Assembly (NCBI GenBank): GCA_049508795.1
Contig: JBELAN010000009.1
Span: 64,729 to 96,728, forward strand
Length of the DNA stretch: 32,000 nt
DNA from: Sedimentisphaerales bacterium
Lineage (GTDB): Bacteria > Planctomycetota > Phycisphaerae > Sedimentisphaerales > Anaerobacaceae
Reading direction: 5' to 3'
A model generated the notes under the pieces. That model was not told where the DNA came from. It ran no database searches and saw only the letters and a program-made list of their open reading frames with translations. The position numbers and the translations under genes were made by a program. Positions within the stretch are counted from its first letter, which is position 1. Each line of letters opens with the position of its first letter. Shown here in pieces: positions 7,954-16,950 of the stretch.

Positions 7954-10173
7954 TTACCTGCCCATCTGCAGCATACCGGGGCCGATGATTTTGGTTTTGA
8001 CTCTGTCGGTTTTTAAGTTGTACTCAATGCCCGGGGCAAGGGCGCCGTTGAGGAAGCACGGCTGAGATTCGTCACCCCAGGCGGTTATCATAGACTTGCC
8101 GCCGTCATAAAACATTTCGCTGCCCGCAAACTGAACGGTTTTGCCTTTTTTCTCTCTTTCCTCTTCATAAGTGATGCCGCCCTTTGCGCTAAGCGTCGAA
8201 AGCTCATTTTGACCGTTGGCAGTTTCAGAAAGCACAGCTTCCACGTGGTTGGAGGTGGCTGAAGTTTGCTGGCCCTGCTGGCCTTTGATGACAGGGAAGT
8301 AATCGATGAGAATTTGCTCGGCGCCGGCGTCAGCAATAATCAGGTTAGCATCTTTCAGATACTTTAGGGCATCGAAATTCCGCATAACCGCATAGCAAGG
8401 TCTTTGCAGACTGAATCTGCCTACCTCCTTTGCGGGCTCTGCTATCTTGGAGTTATCAACAGCTATAATCCCAGAGCCGGTCGCCAAAAACATCTGCTGG
8501 TTTGCGTCGTAATCAAATTGGAGACACTTTAACTTGGTGAAGCCGAGCAGTTTTTCTCCTGCCCATTTGGAGGTGTCGAGCTGAACCACATCGCCGGTTG
8601 CTGTCAGATGTTTTACATTGGCCTGTGAGCGTTTATCTGCCGTAGGGGAAGCCTCTCGGCTCCTGGATAAATCTACCGTAAGCTTCGAGGAAGAAAGAGC
8701 GTACTTCTGCCGGAAGTCCGTTTCCTCCCGGAGCATCGTGCACAGGACATTACCTTCGAAGATAGCCTGATTCAGCGTCGGCAGGAACCTGGCTTTTTCC
8801 TGGGCTGTTACTTTTACCGGGACGGCGGGTTTACCCGCAATTTTCTCGCGCGGGGTAGGCGTGCCTCCGGGGCCCATTACGTCATTTGTATAAAAGTTAA
8901 GCTCTGATGGGCCGCTGGCAAAGGCTTCCCCAGTAACCATAGAATAGTCAATTTTCCGAGCGACGAATGTGGGCCGGCCCTTTTCATCATTAACACTTTT
9001 GAGGGCTTTGCTCTCAGTTGCAGGCGTTTCGGAAGAATCCATCGGCACAACGATAATACCATCGTCGCAGGTTACAACGATATTTGAATTCGCATCCGCT
9101 GCTTCGGACAGGTCAACAAATTGTTCGGGAGATTTATTCGGCTCACTCTGCGGGGAGGCAGCGCTTTTTTCGGTAACTTCTGCAGTTGTTGTGTTGCCGG
9201 TGGTTTTATTATCAGAATTAACGTCGGAGCTTTTGGACCATAGGATATCGTCGATAGAAACTTCATCGGCAAGAACCAATTGCTCAGGACCATCTATGGT
9301 AACATTTTTCCTGAATACGCATTTGTAATATGCGGCCTTCTTTTTTCCGATTGCTTCTCTGTCTGCGGCAGGCGTTTCTTTTGTTTTTTGCTGCGCTGCC
9401 TGTGCCCCATTGCTGGGACCGGCCGACTTCTGGGCGGCTGTTTCCGGAGAAAACAAAGATGGTTTTGACGCTTTCGACGATTGTTTGATGCGGAGAGTCT
9501 CTAAAGCAATTATTTTAAGGTATTCGAGGTGGTCCTGCTCATCGTTATAGACAATTTCCAGCCCCTTTCCGAGCATTTGAGCGTCCCTGGAAGTGAATTT
9601 GACCGGCCCGGCAGTTGAGAACTGCGATTTATCGCTGATAAAAATAACGTCGTCGAGATAAATAAAACCTTCTTCTATGTTGCTGCCCTTTTCGGGTAAA
9701 ATGTGAATAACGACATTGCCCGTAAGCGTTGCATCCTTTGGCGTAACTTTGCCGACGGCATTTTCAACCTGCACCGTCCCTTTATCGGCCGTCATATAAC
9801 ATTTGAGATTGCCCTGGAAGACGTTCATATACGGCTTTTCAATTTCCCATTCATCTCCTTCGGCGTGCAGAAGTTTTTCGAACCCAAATTCGCGGTCAAC
9901 GCGTTTTTTTGCGTTTAAGTGCGTGTATTTGGCCTTTTGGATTGTGCCAACTCCGACGTCGCCGACTTTTCCTACTCTGCCGTCAGATACAACGGTATTA
10001 CTTTCGGCAGTGGTGTCCCCTGTATCAATTTCTATCGGCGGAGTCCTGCTTATCAGGTTGTAGAACAGATATATTACAAATATCGCCCCTGCTGAAATAA
10101 GCCATACATAGAGTTTTCGGGACTTAAAAACCATAGCAAACCCATTATGGTAAATGGTAAATTTAATCACCAA
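7954..10173 (-). CDS. Large LptC/OstA(LptA)-like LPS-export-type membrane-anchored protein (start probably ATG near 10134)
   Basis: 739 aa ORF; N-terminal TM helix VWLISAGAIFVIYLFYNLI; LptC-like segment with TADKGTVQVENAVGKVTPKDATLTGNVVIHI; repeated OstA-like segments (FEGNVLCTMLREET, LTATGDVVQLD, FAGSEMFYDGGKSMITAWGD); adjacent to kdsC. Confidence 0.6.
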   Translation of the reverse strand: MVIKFTIYHNGFAMVFKSRKLYVWLISAGAIFVIYLFYNLISRTPPIEIDTGDTTAESNTVVSDGRVGKVGDVGVGTIQKAKYTHLNAKKRVDREFGFEKLLHAEGDEWEIEKPYMNVFQGNLKCYMTADKGTVQVENAVGKVTPKDATLTGNVVIHILPEKGSNIEEGFIYLDDVIFISDKSQFSTAGPVKFTSRDAQMLGKGLEIVYNDEQDHLEYLKIIALETLRIKQSSKASKPSLFSPETAAQKSAGPSNGAQAAQQKTKETPAADREAIGKKKAAYYKCVFRKNVTIDGPEQLVLADEVSIDDILWSKSSDVNSDNKTTGNTTTAEVTEKSAASPQSEPNKSPEQFVDLSEAADANSNIVVTCDDGIIVVPMDSSETPATESKALKSVNDEKGRPTFVARKIDYSMVTGEAFASGPSELNFYTNDVMGPGGTPTPREKIAGKPAVPVKVTAQEKARFLPTLNQAIFEGNVLCTMLREETDFRQKYALSSSKLTVDLSRSREASPTADKRSQANVKHLTATGDVVQLDTSKWAGEKLLGFTKLKCLQFDYDANQQMFLATGSGIIAVDNSKIAEPAKEVGRFSLQRPCYAVMRNFDALKYLKDANLIIADAGAEQILIDYFPVIKGQQGQQTSATSNHVEAVLSETANGQNELSTLSAKGGITYEEEREKKGKTVQFAGSEMFYDGGKSMITAWGDESQPCFLNGALAPGIEYNLKTDRVKTKIIGPGMLQMGR

Positions 10174-10187
10174 TCACCAATTACCAA

Positions 10188-10733
10188 TCACATATACCTT
10201 TTCATAAGCTCCTGCCATTTGCCGGCGTTTTTCAAAATGTATTCTATTACTTCTCGCACAGCCCCTTCGCCTCCGCATCGCGTCGTTACATAATCAGCTG
10301 TATCCTTAACTTCATCAACCGCATCGGCAACAGCCGCTCCAAACCCCACATATCTCATTACCGGCAAATCCAGTAAATCGTCGCCAATGTAAGCCGTCCT
10401 CTTCGCCGAAATACCCGCCTGTTCAAGCAGCTTTTTGAGCGCCGGCAGTTTCTCTAAACAATCCTGGAGGCAATAGTCTATATCAAGCTGCTCCGCCCGG
10501 TATTGCGTTGCTTTCGAAAATCTGCCGCTCAAAAAGGCGACTTTCAGCCCTGCTCTTTGCCACATTCGAATCCCGTGACCATCCAGCAGATTGAAGAATT
10601 TACCTTCGCTGCCGTCGTCGTTGATTATTATGGTCCCATCCGTTAGGACGCCGTCAACATCCATAACCAGCAGTTGTATGTCCACAAGGTTTGCTTTTGG
10701 CTCTTCCGGCATTTGATTATCTCGCGCCATCAT
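10188..10733 (-). CDS. kdsC: 3-deoxy-D-manno-octulosonate 8-phosphate phosphatase (KdsC-type HAD)
   Basis: 181 aa; LLVMDVDGVLTDGTIIINDDGSEGKFFNLLDGHGIRM, FLSGRFS, AYIGDDLLDLPVMRYVGFGAAVADA, TTRCGGEGAVREVIEYIL. Confidence 0.88.
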   Translation of the reverse strand: MMARDNQMPEEPKANLVDIQLLVMDVDGVLTDGTIIINDDGSEGKFFNLLDGHGIRMWQRAGLKVAFLSGRFSKATQYRAEQLDIDYCLQDCLEKLPALKKLLEQAGISAKRTAYIGDDLLDLPVMRYVGFGAAVADAVDEVKDTADYVTTRCGGEGAVREVIEYILKNAGKWQELMKRYM

Positions 10734-10742
10734 TCTATTATC

Positions 10743-12323
10743 CTACAATTTTACCACACTTCCACGCTCGTTATAACAGACCAAACTGTGTTTTTCACCG
10801 ATGTAATCCGGCTCGGCGTGAATTATCACACGCTTGCCGCTGAGCTGCTCTATCTGTGCAATCGCAACTCGCTTTTCATTCTGCAGGTAGCCGCCAACCT
10901 CCGGCGATACAAACAGCTCAATGCGTTTTATCTGGTCTTTTGATGTCGAAAGATTCAACATTCGAATAATCTCGATAGCCAGTGATTCGTGGCTTTTAAT
11001 AAAGCCCATACCTCCACAGTGCGGGCACGCCAGATAGGTGGTCGATTGCAACGAAGGACGCATTCGCTGCCGGGTCATTTCCACCACGCCAAATCTGCTT
11101 ATCCTCAATATTCTCGAACGGGCACGGTCGGCTTTGACAAAATTACGAAAAACTTTTTCAACATCCCTGCGGTGTCTCTGGCTGCGCATATCAATAAAGT
11201 CGCAAATTATCAGTCCACCAAGGTCTCGCAGTCTAAGCTGCCGGGCTATTTCCGGTGCCGCTTCCATATTTGTTTTGTAAGCGGTTTGCTCGGCGTTTTG
11301 GCCCTTGCGGTATCGGCCGCTGTTGACATCTATCGACACCAACGCCTCGGTTTGCTCGATTACAATTGAACCACCGCCTTTAAGGGCTACCGTGCGGGAT
11401 TGAACCTTAGCGATTTCGTCCTCAATCCGATATTTGTGAAACAGCGGAACTTTACTGTCGTAATACGTTACCCTTTGTTCCAAACGCGGCGTTACTATCG
11501 AAAGAAAATCCCTGATTCTCCTAACAACATTTTCCGAATCACATACTATCTTGTCTATCTTACTGTTAAAAACGTCCCTCAGTGTGCGGGTAACCAAATC
11601 GGATTCCTGGTAAAGCCCGCTTGGCGTCTTTTCAGATTCTATCCGTTTTTCGATAGCAGTCCACAATCTTCTAAGATACCTCAAATCGTTTTGAATATCC
11701 CTTTTTGAGCATCCCTGGCCTGCTGTTCGGATAATAAACCCCATTCCCTTAGGAGGCCTGCTTTCATCAAGAATTTGTCGCAGCCGCACCCGCTCATTAT
11801 CATCTTCAATCTTGTGAGAAATCCCGAGCTTTCGCATCCACGGCATCATAACCAGGAACTTGCCCGGCAAGGCAAGATATGTGCTGAGGGTCGGGCCCTT
11901 GGTGTTCATTCCTTCTTTCGTTACTTGAACAACAAGCTCCTTACCCTTATGAAGACAATTCTGGATAGGCAGCCGCTCCCTTAGCGATTTCCTCCGGCCA
12001 ACGCTTTCGGTAAAGTTGCTGTCGGCACCGGCAAAATAACGAGGATGCAGGTCGCTGATATGAAGGAAACCGTTCTTCCCCGTCCCACAGTCTATAAACG
12101 CCGCCTGTATCCCGGATTCAATGTTCACCACCCTTCCCTTGTAAATATTGCCGACATGGCTGCTCAGACTCGTCCTTTCTACATACAGCTCTTCGAGCGA
12201 ACCGTCTTCGACTATCGCTACCCTGCACTCTTCACTCTCAGCCACGTTTATTAGCATCTCTCTTGCCATCGCTTTATCCTCATATATCGGGGTTTGCCCC
12301 CCTAATAGCAAACTACAATTCAC
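10743..12323 (-). CDS. Ribonuclease E/G family protein (likely start ATG near 12269)
   Basis: MAREMLINVAESEECRVAIVEDGSLEELYVERTS, S1-like GNIYKGRVVNIESGIQAAFIDCGTGKNGFLHISD, SVDINSGRYR, GGLIICDFIDMRSQRHRRDVEK, CPHCGGMGFI. Confidence 0.93.
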   Translation of the reverse strand: MNCSLLLGGQTPIYEDKAMAREMLINVAESEECRVAIVEDGSLEELYVERTSLSSHVGNIYKGRVVNIESGIQAAFIDCGTGKNGFLHISDLHPRYFAGADSNFTESVGRRKSLRERLPIQNCLHKGKELVVQVTKEGMNTKGPTLSTYLALPGKFLVMMPWMRKLGISHKIEDDNERVRLRQILDESRPPKGMGFIIRTAGQGCSKRDIQNDLRYLRRLWTAIEKRIESEKTPSGLYQESDLVTRTLRDVFNSKIDKIVCDSENVVRRIRDFLSIVTPRLEQRVTYYDSKVPLFHKYRIEDEIAKVQSRTVALKGGGSIVIEQTEALVSIDVNSGRYRKGQNAEQTAYKTNMEAAPEIARQLRLRDLGGLIICDFIDMRSQRHRRDVEKVFRNFVKADRARSRILRISRFGVVEMTRQRMRPSLQSTTYLACPHCGGMGFIKSHESLAIEIIRMLNLSTSKDQIKRIELFVSPEVGGYLQNEKRVAIAQIEQLSGKRVIIHAEPDYIGEKHSLVCYNERGSVVKL

Positions 12324-12326
12324 AAA

Positions 12327-12980
12327 TTACGATTCACTCTCATGCCATTGTACTCTCGTCCGCCTAATCGGCGCCGACAGCATATTGTAGTCCAGTTCCA
12401 GCAGCTCCAGAATCTCATCAACGCGTATCGAACCAGCCGAGCTGATTTTGCACTCTACAGCTATACCTGCGTCGTCTAATTCAATCGATTTCAGGAAAGG
12501 CCTGGCATCTATGTTTTTGAATCTCGAATTTTCGGGGCTCGTTCGCCGCTGGAGATTAAGATTTTCACTTGCCAACAAACGCTCAATCCTGCTCTTTAAC
12601 TTTTCGCCAAGATATTCCTCCCGCACCGCCAATAAATATGTTGCCTGGCAAGGTTGGACTGAGGCCTTCGCTTTTGCTGTTCTGACCGTGAGCAGCTCAA
12701 AACCATCAGGTAATTGCTCCGAAAGCCCGGTTTTGATTAAAGTGCCTAAATCACATTCCTCTGCTCCTGTGTTTTTCTCTATCCGAAGACACAGCAAATC
12801 ATCATCTACCTCAATCCCCACACTTCTTGGCAAGGGCAGGGATAGCTTCGGACGAGGATTGAATCCTTCACTATACAGCACTTTTATACCCCCTCGGACG
12901 CACGCTCGCTGAAAGACCCTAACCATTTCAGCGTGCGATAAGAATCTCAGATTACCACGGACCTTGAATTCAATCAGCAC
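12327..12980 (-). CDS. DUF2344 / TIGR03936-type radical SAM-associated protein
   Basis: 217 aa; FKVRGNLRFLSHAEMVRVFQRACVRGGIKVLYSEGFNPRPKLSLPLPRSVGIEV pattern plus adjacency to RNase E/G. Confidence 0.8.
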   Translation of the reverse strand: MLIEFKVRGNLRFLSHAEMVRVFQRACVRGGIKVLYSEGFNPRPKLSLPLPRSVGIEVDDDLLCLRIEKNTGAEECDLGTLIKTGLSEQLPDGFELLTVRTAKAKASVQPCQATYLLAVREEYLGEKLKSRIERLLASENLNLQRRTSPENSRFKNIDARPFLKSIELDDAGIAVECKISSAGSIRVDEILELLELDYNMLSAPIRRTRVQWHESES

Positions 12981-13058
12981 CAGGATAGTTTCGTTTGAAA
13001 CGGTTATGTGTCTATCTCCTTAATCTCCAATTCACTGCCTATGGCATAGCCATTTTTA

Positions 13059-14798
13059 TCAGAAAGCTTCTGGCAAAATCTTTCTCGCAGCATCACGCAG
13101 ATAGCTTGAAATCTGCCTTTCAGAGTTCATACCAAGCACCGCTCTGGCTACATTGTTGCAGTCTTCTATCGTAACTGAGCGAATAATTTGTTTTATCTCC
13201 GGTATCATCGGCGGAGTAAGTGAAATCGTCCGCACTCCCATCCCCAGCAGCAGCATAATATACTCCGGCTCAGAGGCCATTTCTCCGCAGACACTAACCT
13301 CTATTTGCGCTTTGTGCGCGTCCTGAATAACCGTCCTGATAAGCCGCAGCACCGCAGGGTCCACCGACGAATAAAGCGTGGAAACCAGCTCATTACCCCT
13401 ATCGACAGCCAGAGTATATTGAATAAGGTCGTTCGTTCCGATGCTAAAAAAATCGACATCTCTTGCAAAAGTAAAGGCCGTCAGAGCCGCCGAGGGCGTC
13501 TCAATCATCACCCCTATCTTAACGTCTCTATTGTATGGTATGGATTCCTCGTCAAGGTCTTCCATAACATCACGCAAAACCATTTTCGTCTGCATCAATT
13601 CCTGAAGGTGTGTAATCAGCGGGAACATTATCTTGACCTCACCGAGAACCGATGCTCGTAAGATTGCACGCAATTGCGTTTTGAACAACGTGAGGTTCTG
13701 CAGGCAGAATCTAATCGACCGAAGTCCCAGGAAAGGATTTGGCTCCGGTGCAAAGCGTTTGCTTTGTGTGTATTTGTCCGCTCCAAGGTCCAAAGTTCTT
13801 ATTATCACCGGCCGCTGCTTAAAGACCCGGACGGTTTCAGCGTAAGCGTTATAATGGTCTTCTTCGGTAGGTTCGCTCGGCCTGTTGAGGAATAAAAACT
13901 CCGTGCGGTATAACCCGATGCCTTCGCCGCCTTTTTGCAGAATTACTTCCGCTTCAGCGGGGAACTCGATATTGCCTAATAAAGTTATTCTCACACCGTC
14001 GCGGGTCTTGGCCGGCTTTCCCCTTATCGCATCAAGCCGGTGCTCGAGCTCTACGAACTCGCGGGAATAATCTTCATACTGCCGGACTGTCTCATCATCC
14101 GGATTTACAATGACAATGCCTCGATTCCCGTCGATGACAACGGTATCACCCCCGGTGATGATCTCTGTAAGGTCTTCCAACGCCACCACCGCCGGGATAC
14201 CAAGTGACCGCGCAACGATAGCCGTATGGCTTGTCCGTCCGCCTGCATCGGTAGCAATGCCTTTTACAAACTTCTTGTTAAATCCTGCGGTTTGGGTGGG
14301 ACTTAAGTTTCGGGCAACAACCGCAACCTCTTCGGTCAAACGCTCAACATCTTCACGCTTACCGCCGAGAAGCTGCCTGAGCAAACGTCTTTCAATATCA
14401 TAAATATCTGCTGCACGTTCGCTGATGTAAGCATCTTTTATTTTGGTAAAATGTGATGCAATATCTCGCAGAGTCGTAGAGACAGCGAACTCGGCCGTAA
14501 CCGATTCCGAATGTATCAAATCCGTTATTCTCTTCCGCAGACTCCTGTCGCGCAGGAAACTCAAATGAACAGCAAAGATATCTTTTATTTTACGCTGTTC
14601 TATTGTCTTTTGCTCTGCTTTCAGTTGGGCTAATTCGTCAGCCGCTGCCTTAAAAGCGTTCCTCGCTCGCTGAATTTCTATCATTCGCTGTGGGGGCTTT
14701 ACGGAACGCCGGGGAATTCGATAGTCTTCGGAATCAATAATCAGCGATTTGGCAATGGCAATGCCCGGCGAAACAGCTACTCCTTTTTTTATTTCCAT
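13059..14798 (-). CDS. ptsI: Phosphoenolpyruvate-protein phosphotransferase (PTS enzyme I)
   Basis: 579 aa; GGRTSHTAIVARSLGIPAVV active-site His region, EGIGLYRTEFLFLNR, RTLDLGADKY, FSIGTNDLIQYTLAVDRGNE, VCGEMASEPEYIMLLLGMG. Confidence 0.96.
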   Translation of the reverse strand: MEIKKGVAVSPGIAIAKSLIIDSEDYRIPRRSVKPPQRMIEIQRARNAFKAAADELAQLKAEQKTIEQRKIKDIFAVHLSFLRDRSLRKRITDLIHSESVTAEFAVSTTLRDIASHFTKIKDAYISERAADIYDIERRLLRQLLGGKREDVERLTEEVAVVARNLSPTQTAGFNKKFVKGIATDAGGRTSHTAIVARSLGIPAVVALEDLTEIITGGDTVVIDGNRGIVIVNPDDETVRQYEDYSREFVELEHRLDAIRGKPAKTRDGVRITLLGNIEFPAEAEVILQKGGEGIGLYRTEFLFLNRPSEPTEEDHYNAYAETVRVFKQRPVIIRTLDLGADKYTQSKRFAPEPNPFLGLRSIRFCLQNLTLFKTQLRAILRASVLGEVKIMFPLITHLQELMQTKMVLRDVMEDLDEESIPYNRDVKIGVMIETPSAALTAFTFARDVDFFSIGTNDLIQYTLAVDRGNELVSTLYSSVDPAVLRLIRTVIQDAHKAQIEVSVCGEMASEPEYIMLLLGMGVRTISLTPPMIPEIKQIIRSVTIEDCNNVARAVLGMNSERQISSYLRDAARKILPEAF

Positions 14799-14817
14799 CG
14801 CAAACTTCTACCAAATC

Positions 14818-15144
14818 TTAACCTTTTTTGCGTTCGTCTGGTGTCGGCTCGTCGAAATGCCTTTCTTCCACAAGCTCTCGCAGAGCATCGACGGCTTGTT
14901 GTGCATCTGCACCTTCAGCTTTAATTTTTAGCTTGGTGCCACAGGTTGCGGCGAGCATACTCATCTGCATAATACTCTTGCCGTCCACGTTGTTTTCGTT
15001 GTTGCTAACCGTAATATCACACTCAAACCGGTTTGCAACATCAACAAATTGCATCGCAGGGCGCATATGAAGTCCCTCTGCATTTTTTATCTCAACTCCC
15101 GTTTCACAAACTACTTTTTCCAATGTATTTTCTTCCGCCTGCAT
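14818..15144 (-). CDS. HPr-family phosphocarrier protein
   Basis: GVEIKNAEGLHMRPAMQFVDVANRF (phosphoacceptor His) and VDGKSIMQMSMLAA (regulatory Ser region); C-terminus DALRELVEERHFDE. Confidence 0.9.
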   Translation of the reverse strand: MQAEENTLEKVVCETGVEIKNAEGLHMRPAMQFVDVANRFECDITVSNNENNVDGKSIMQMSMLAATCGTKLKIKAEGADAQQAVDALRELVEERHFDEPTPDERKKG

Positions 15145-15189
15145 TTGCAGGTCTCGTGCTCCCTGTATTACATCCGCAAATTCGTATTA

Positions 15190-15669
15190 TTATAAAGACG
15201 GATTTTCATCGGCCTCTCTGAGAAGGTCTTCAATCTCCTCAGCCGTTTTTGATTGTCTAAGGAATCTGCGGAATTTCTCCACCTGCAAATGCTTGAAGAT
15301 TCTCTCCATTACCTGTAAATGTTTGTCCGGATTGTCAACAGGACTAATTATCAGTATCACCGAATAAACCGGCCGTTTGTCCAGCGAAGAAAAATCAATA
15401 CCAACACTGCTTTGACCAACCGTAGCAAGCACATCTTTAACCGCCTTATGTTTCACGTGAGGCACAGCAACACCCTTACCCATGCCTGTACTTGCTTCAT
15501 TTTCTCTTTTTATAACTGCCTTAATAATTTCTTCACAATTTCCTTTTCCTTTGCCGAGCCGGTCGGCTTTATAAAGAGCCGAGACAAGCTCTGCTATCAC
15601 GCCGTTACGGTCCCTGGCTTTCAACTCCGGAATTATCGCCTCAAAACATATAAAATCTGCAAATTTCAT
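15190..15669 (-). CDS. PTS EIIA (PtsN/fructose-type) domain protein
   Basis: 159 aa; RENEASTGMGKGVAVPHVKHKAVKDV (active-site His) and LIISPVDNPDKHLQVMERIFKHL. Confidence 0.9.
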   Translation of the reverse strand: MKFADFICFEAIIPELKARDRNGVIAELVSALYKADRLGKGKGNCEEIIKAVIKRENEASTGMGKGVAVPHVKHKAVKDVLATVGQSSVGIDFSSLDKRPVYSVILIISPVDNPDKHLQVMERIFKHLQVEKFRRFLRQSKTAEEIEDLLREADENPSL

Positions 15670-15753
15670 CTTATCTCTCTGGAATTACTCCTTAACCGCC
15701 CTGCCTATCTAAGTCACAATCGCAAAACATAATTATTATCGTAAAAATGCAAG

Positions 15754-16074
15754 TTATGCTAACTCTGTCCCCCCTGTGTATTTGTTGTCACGCTCCTTCC
15801 CCTTTTTCCTTCTAAGCTGTCTTTCAAGTTTATGAACAGCTGTGTCAATACAACGGTAAATGTCTTCGCCGGTTTCGGTAACAACGAAAATCTTACGATG
15901 TTCACCTCTTGCAATTATTTCCACGCTCGTATTGCCGTTTTGCTCACCGTCGATAATTACCTCAATCTGGTTGATGCTGTTGTAGTATTTAGGAAGCCTG
16001 GATGTTTTTTCCTCTGCATACTTTTTGACGGCTTCTGTTATACCGATATGTTTGCCACTAATTGTGAAAAACAA
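15754..16074 (-). CDS. hpf: Ribosome hibernation promoting factor, short form
   Basis: 106 aa; FFTISGKHIGITEAVKKYAEEKTSRLPKYYNSINQIEVIID...VVTETGEDIYRCIDTAVHKLERQLRRKKGK. Confidence 0.9.
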   Translation of the reverse strand: MFFTISGKHIGITEAVKKYAEEKTSRLPKYYNSINQIEVIIDGEQNGNTSVEIIARGEHRKIFVVTETGEDIYRCIDTAVHKLERQLRRKKGKERDNKYTGGTELA

Positions 16075-16112
16075 ATTTTGTCTCCTTAAACTTCATTCCA
16101 ACAGAACCAGTT

Positions 16113-16844
16113 TTATTCTTTGGCTGCCAACACGGAATTCAACAAAGCTCCGGATTTATTGCCTTCGCTCAACTGACTACTCGGCGATATGACCCCTCCG
16201 CTAACGATAAACCTAAGTGCATCTTCTATTGTCATACCGGCATCTATAACTTCATCTTTCGGGACCAATACCACAAAACCTGTAATTGGCGAAGGTGCGT
16301 GGGCAATAAAAACAGTCAAAAATTCTTTTTCCTCTTTATCTACTATTTTTTTAATCCCTGGGCCGGTAACCATCCCAATTGCCCACAAACCTTTTCGTGG
16401 GAATTCAACTAAAACCACCCTCGAAAACAACTTTTCCTGCTCTTCCGGGCTTAGCAGAAAATCGGTAATTTGTTTTACGTAAGGATAGACCTGCCTTAAA
16501 AACGGCGTCCTCATTATGAACTTTTCAACCATTCGCCACAGCGTTCTACCCACAACACTGGCTAACATTGCACCCACTATACACACCACAACCAGAGCTA
16601 TAAGAAAACCTGCTATAGACCCCCACCCCTGCACCCAGAATTTAACCATATCCTCTTTGGTAAGGTATTGCTGCTCACCCTGTAAGAGCATTACCAACCG
16701 AACTATCCCGCGATTTACATAGACGCTGATGTTTTCCTGGATGAACTTGTAGCCCCACACGAATATCCAGATTGTTACAACGGTCGGCAGTAACACCGCC
16801 AGCCCACGCAAAAAGTAGCTTCTAAAACGTCCGGTATTACGCAT
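16113..16844 (-). CDS. DUF502 family membrane protein
   Basis: 243 aa; YFLRGLAVLLPTVVTIWIFVWGYKFI, WGSIAGFLIALVVVCIVGAMLASVVGRTLW, VVLVEFPRKGLWAIGMVTG, TVFIAHAPSPITGFVVLVPKDEVIDAGMTIEDALRFIVSGGV. Confidence 0.9.
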   Translation of the reverse strand: MRNTGRFRSYFLRGLAVLLPTVVTIWIFVWGYKFIQENISVYVNRGIVRLVMLLQGEQQYLTKEDMVKFWVQGWGSIAGFLIALVVVCIVGAMLASVVGRTLWRMVEKFIMRTPFLRQVYPYVKQITDFLLSPEEQEKLFSRVVLVEFPRKGLWAIGMVTGPGIKKIVDKEEKEFLTVFIAHAPSPITGFVVLVPKDEVIDAGMTIEDALRFIVSGGVISPSSQLSEGNKSGALLNSVLAAKE

Positions 16845-16950
16845 ATTTTTAACAACAAGTCCTTTGCTGTTATCAGGTTATCGATTTTCAGCTAACCCCG
16901 ATACACTGGGGCCGGGCAACAAAACCCCCTCCTGCCCGGAATACCATAAC

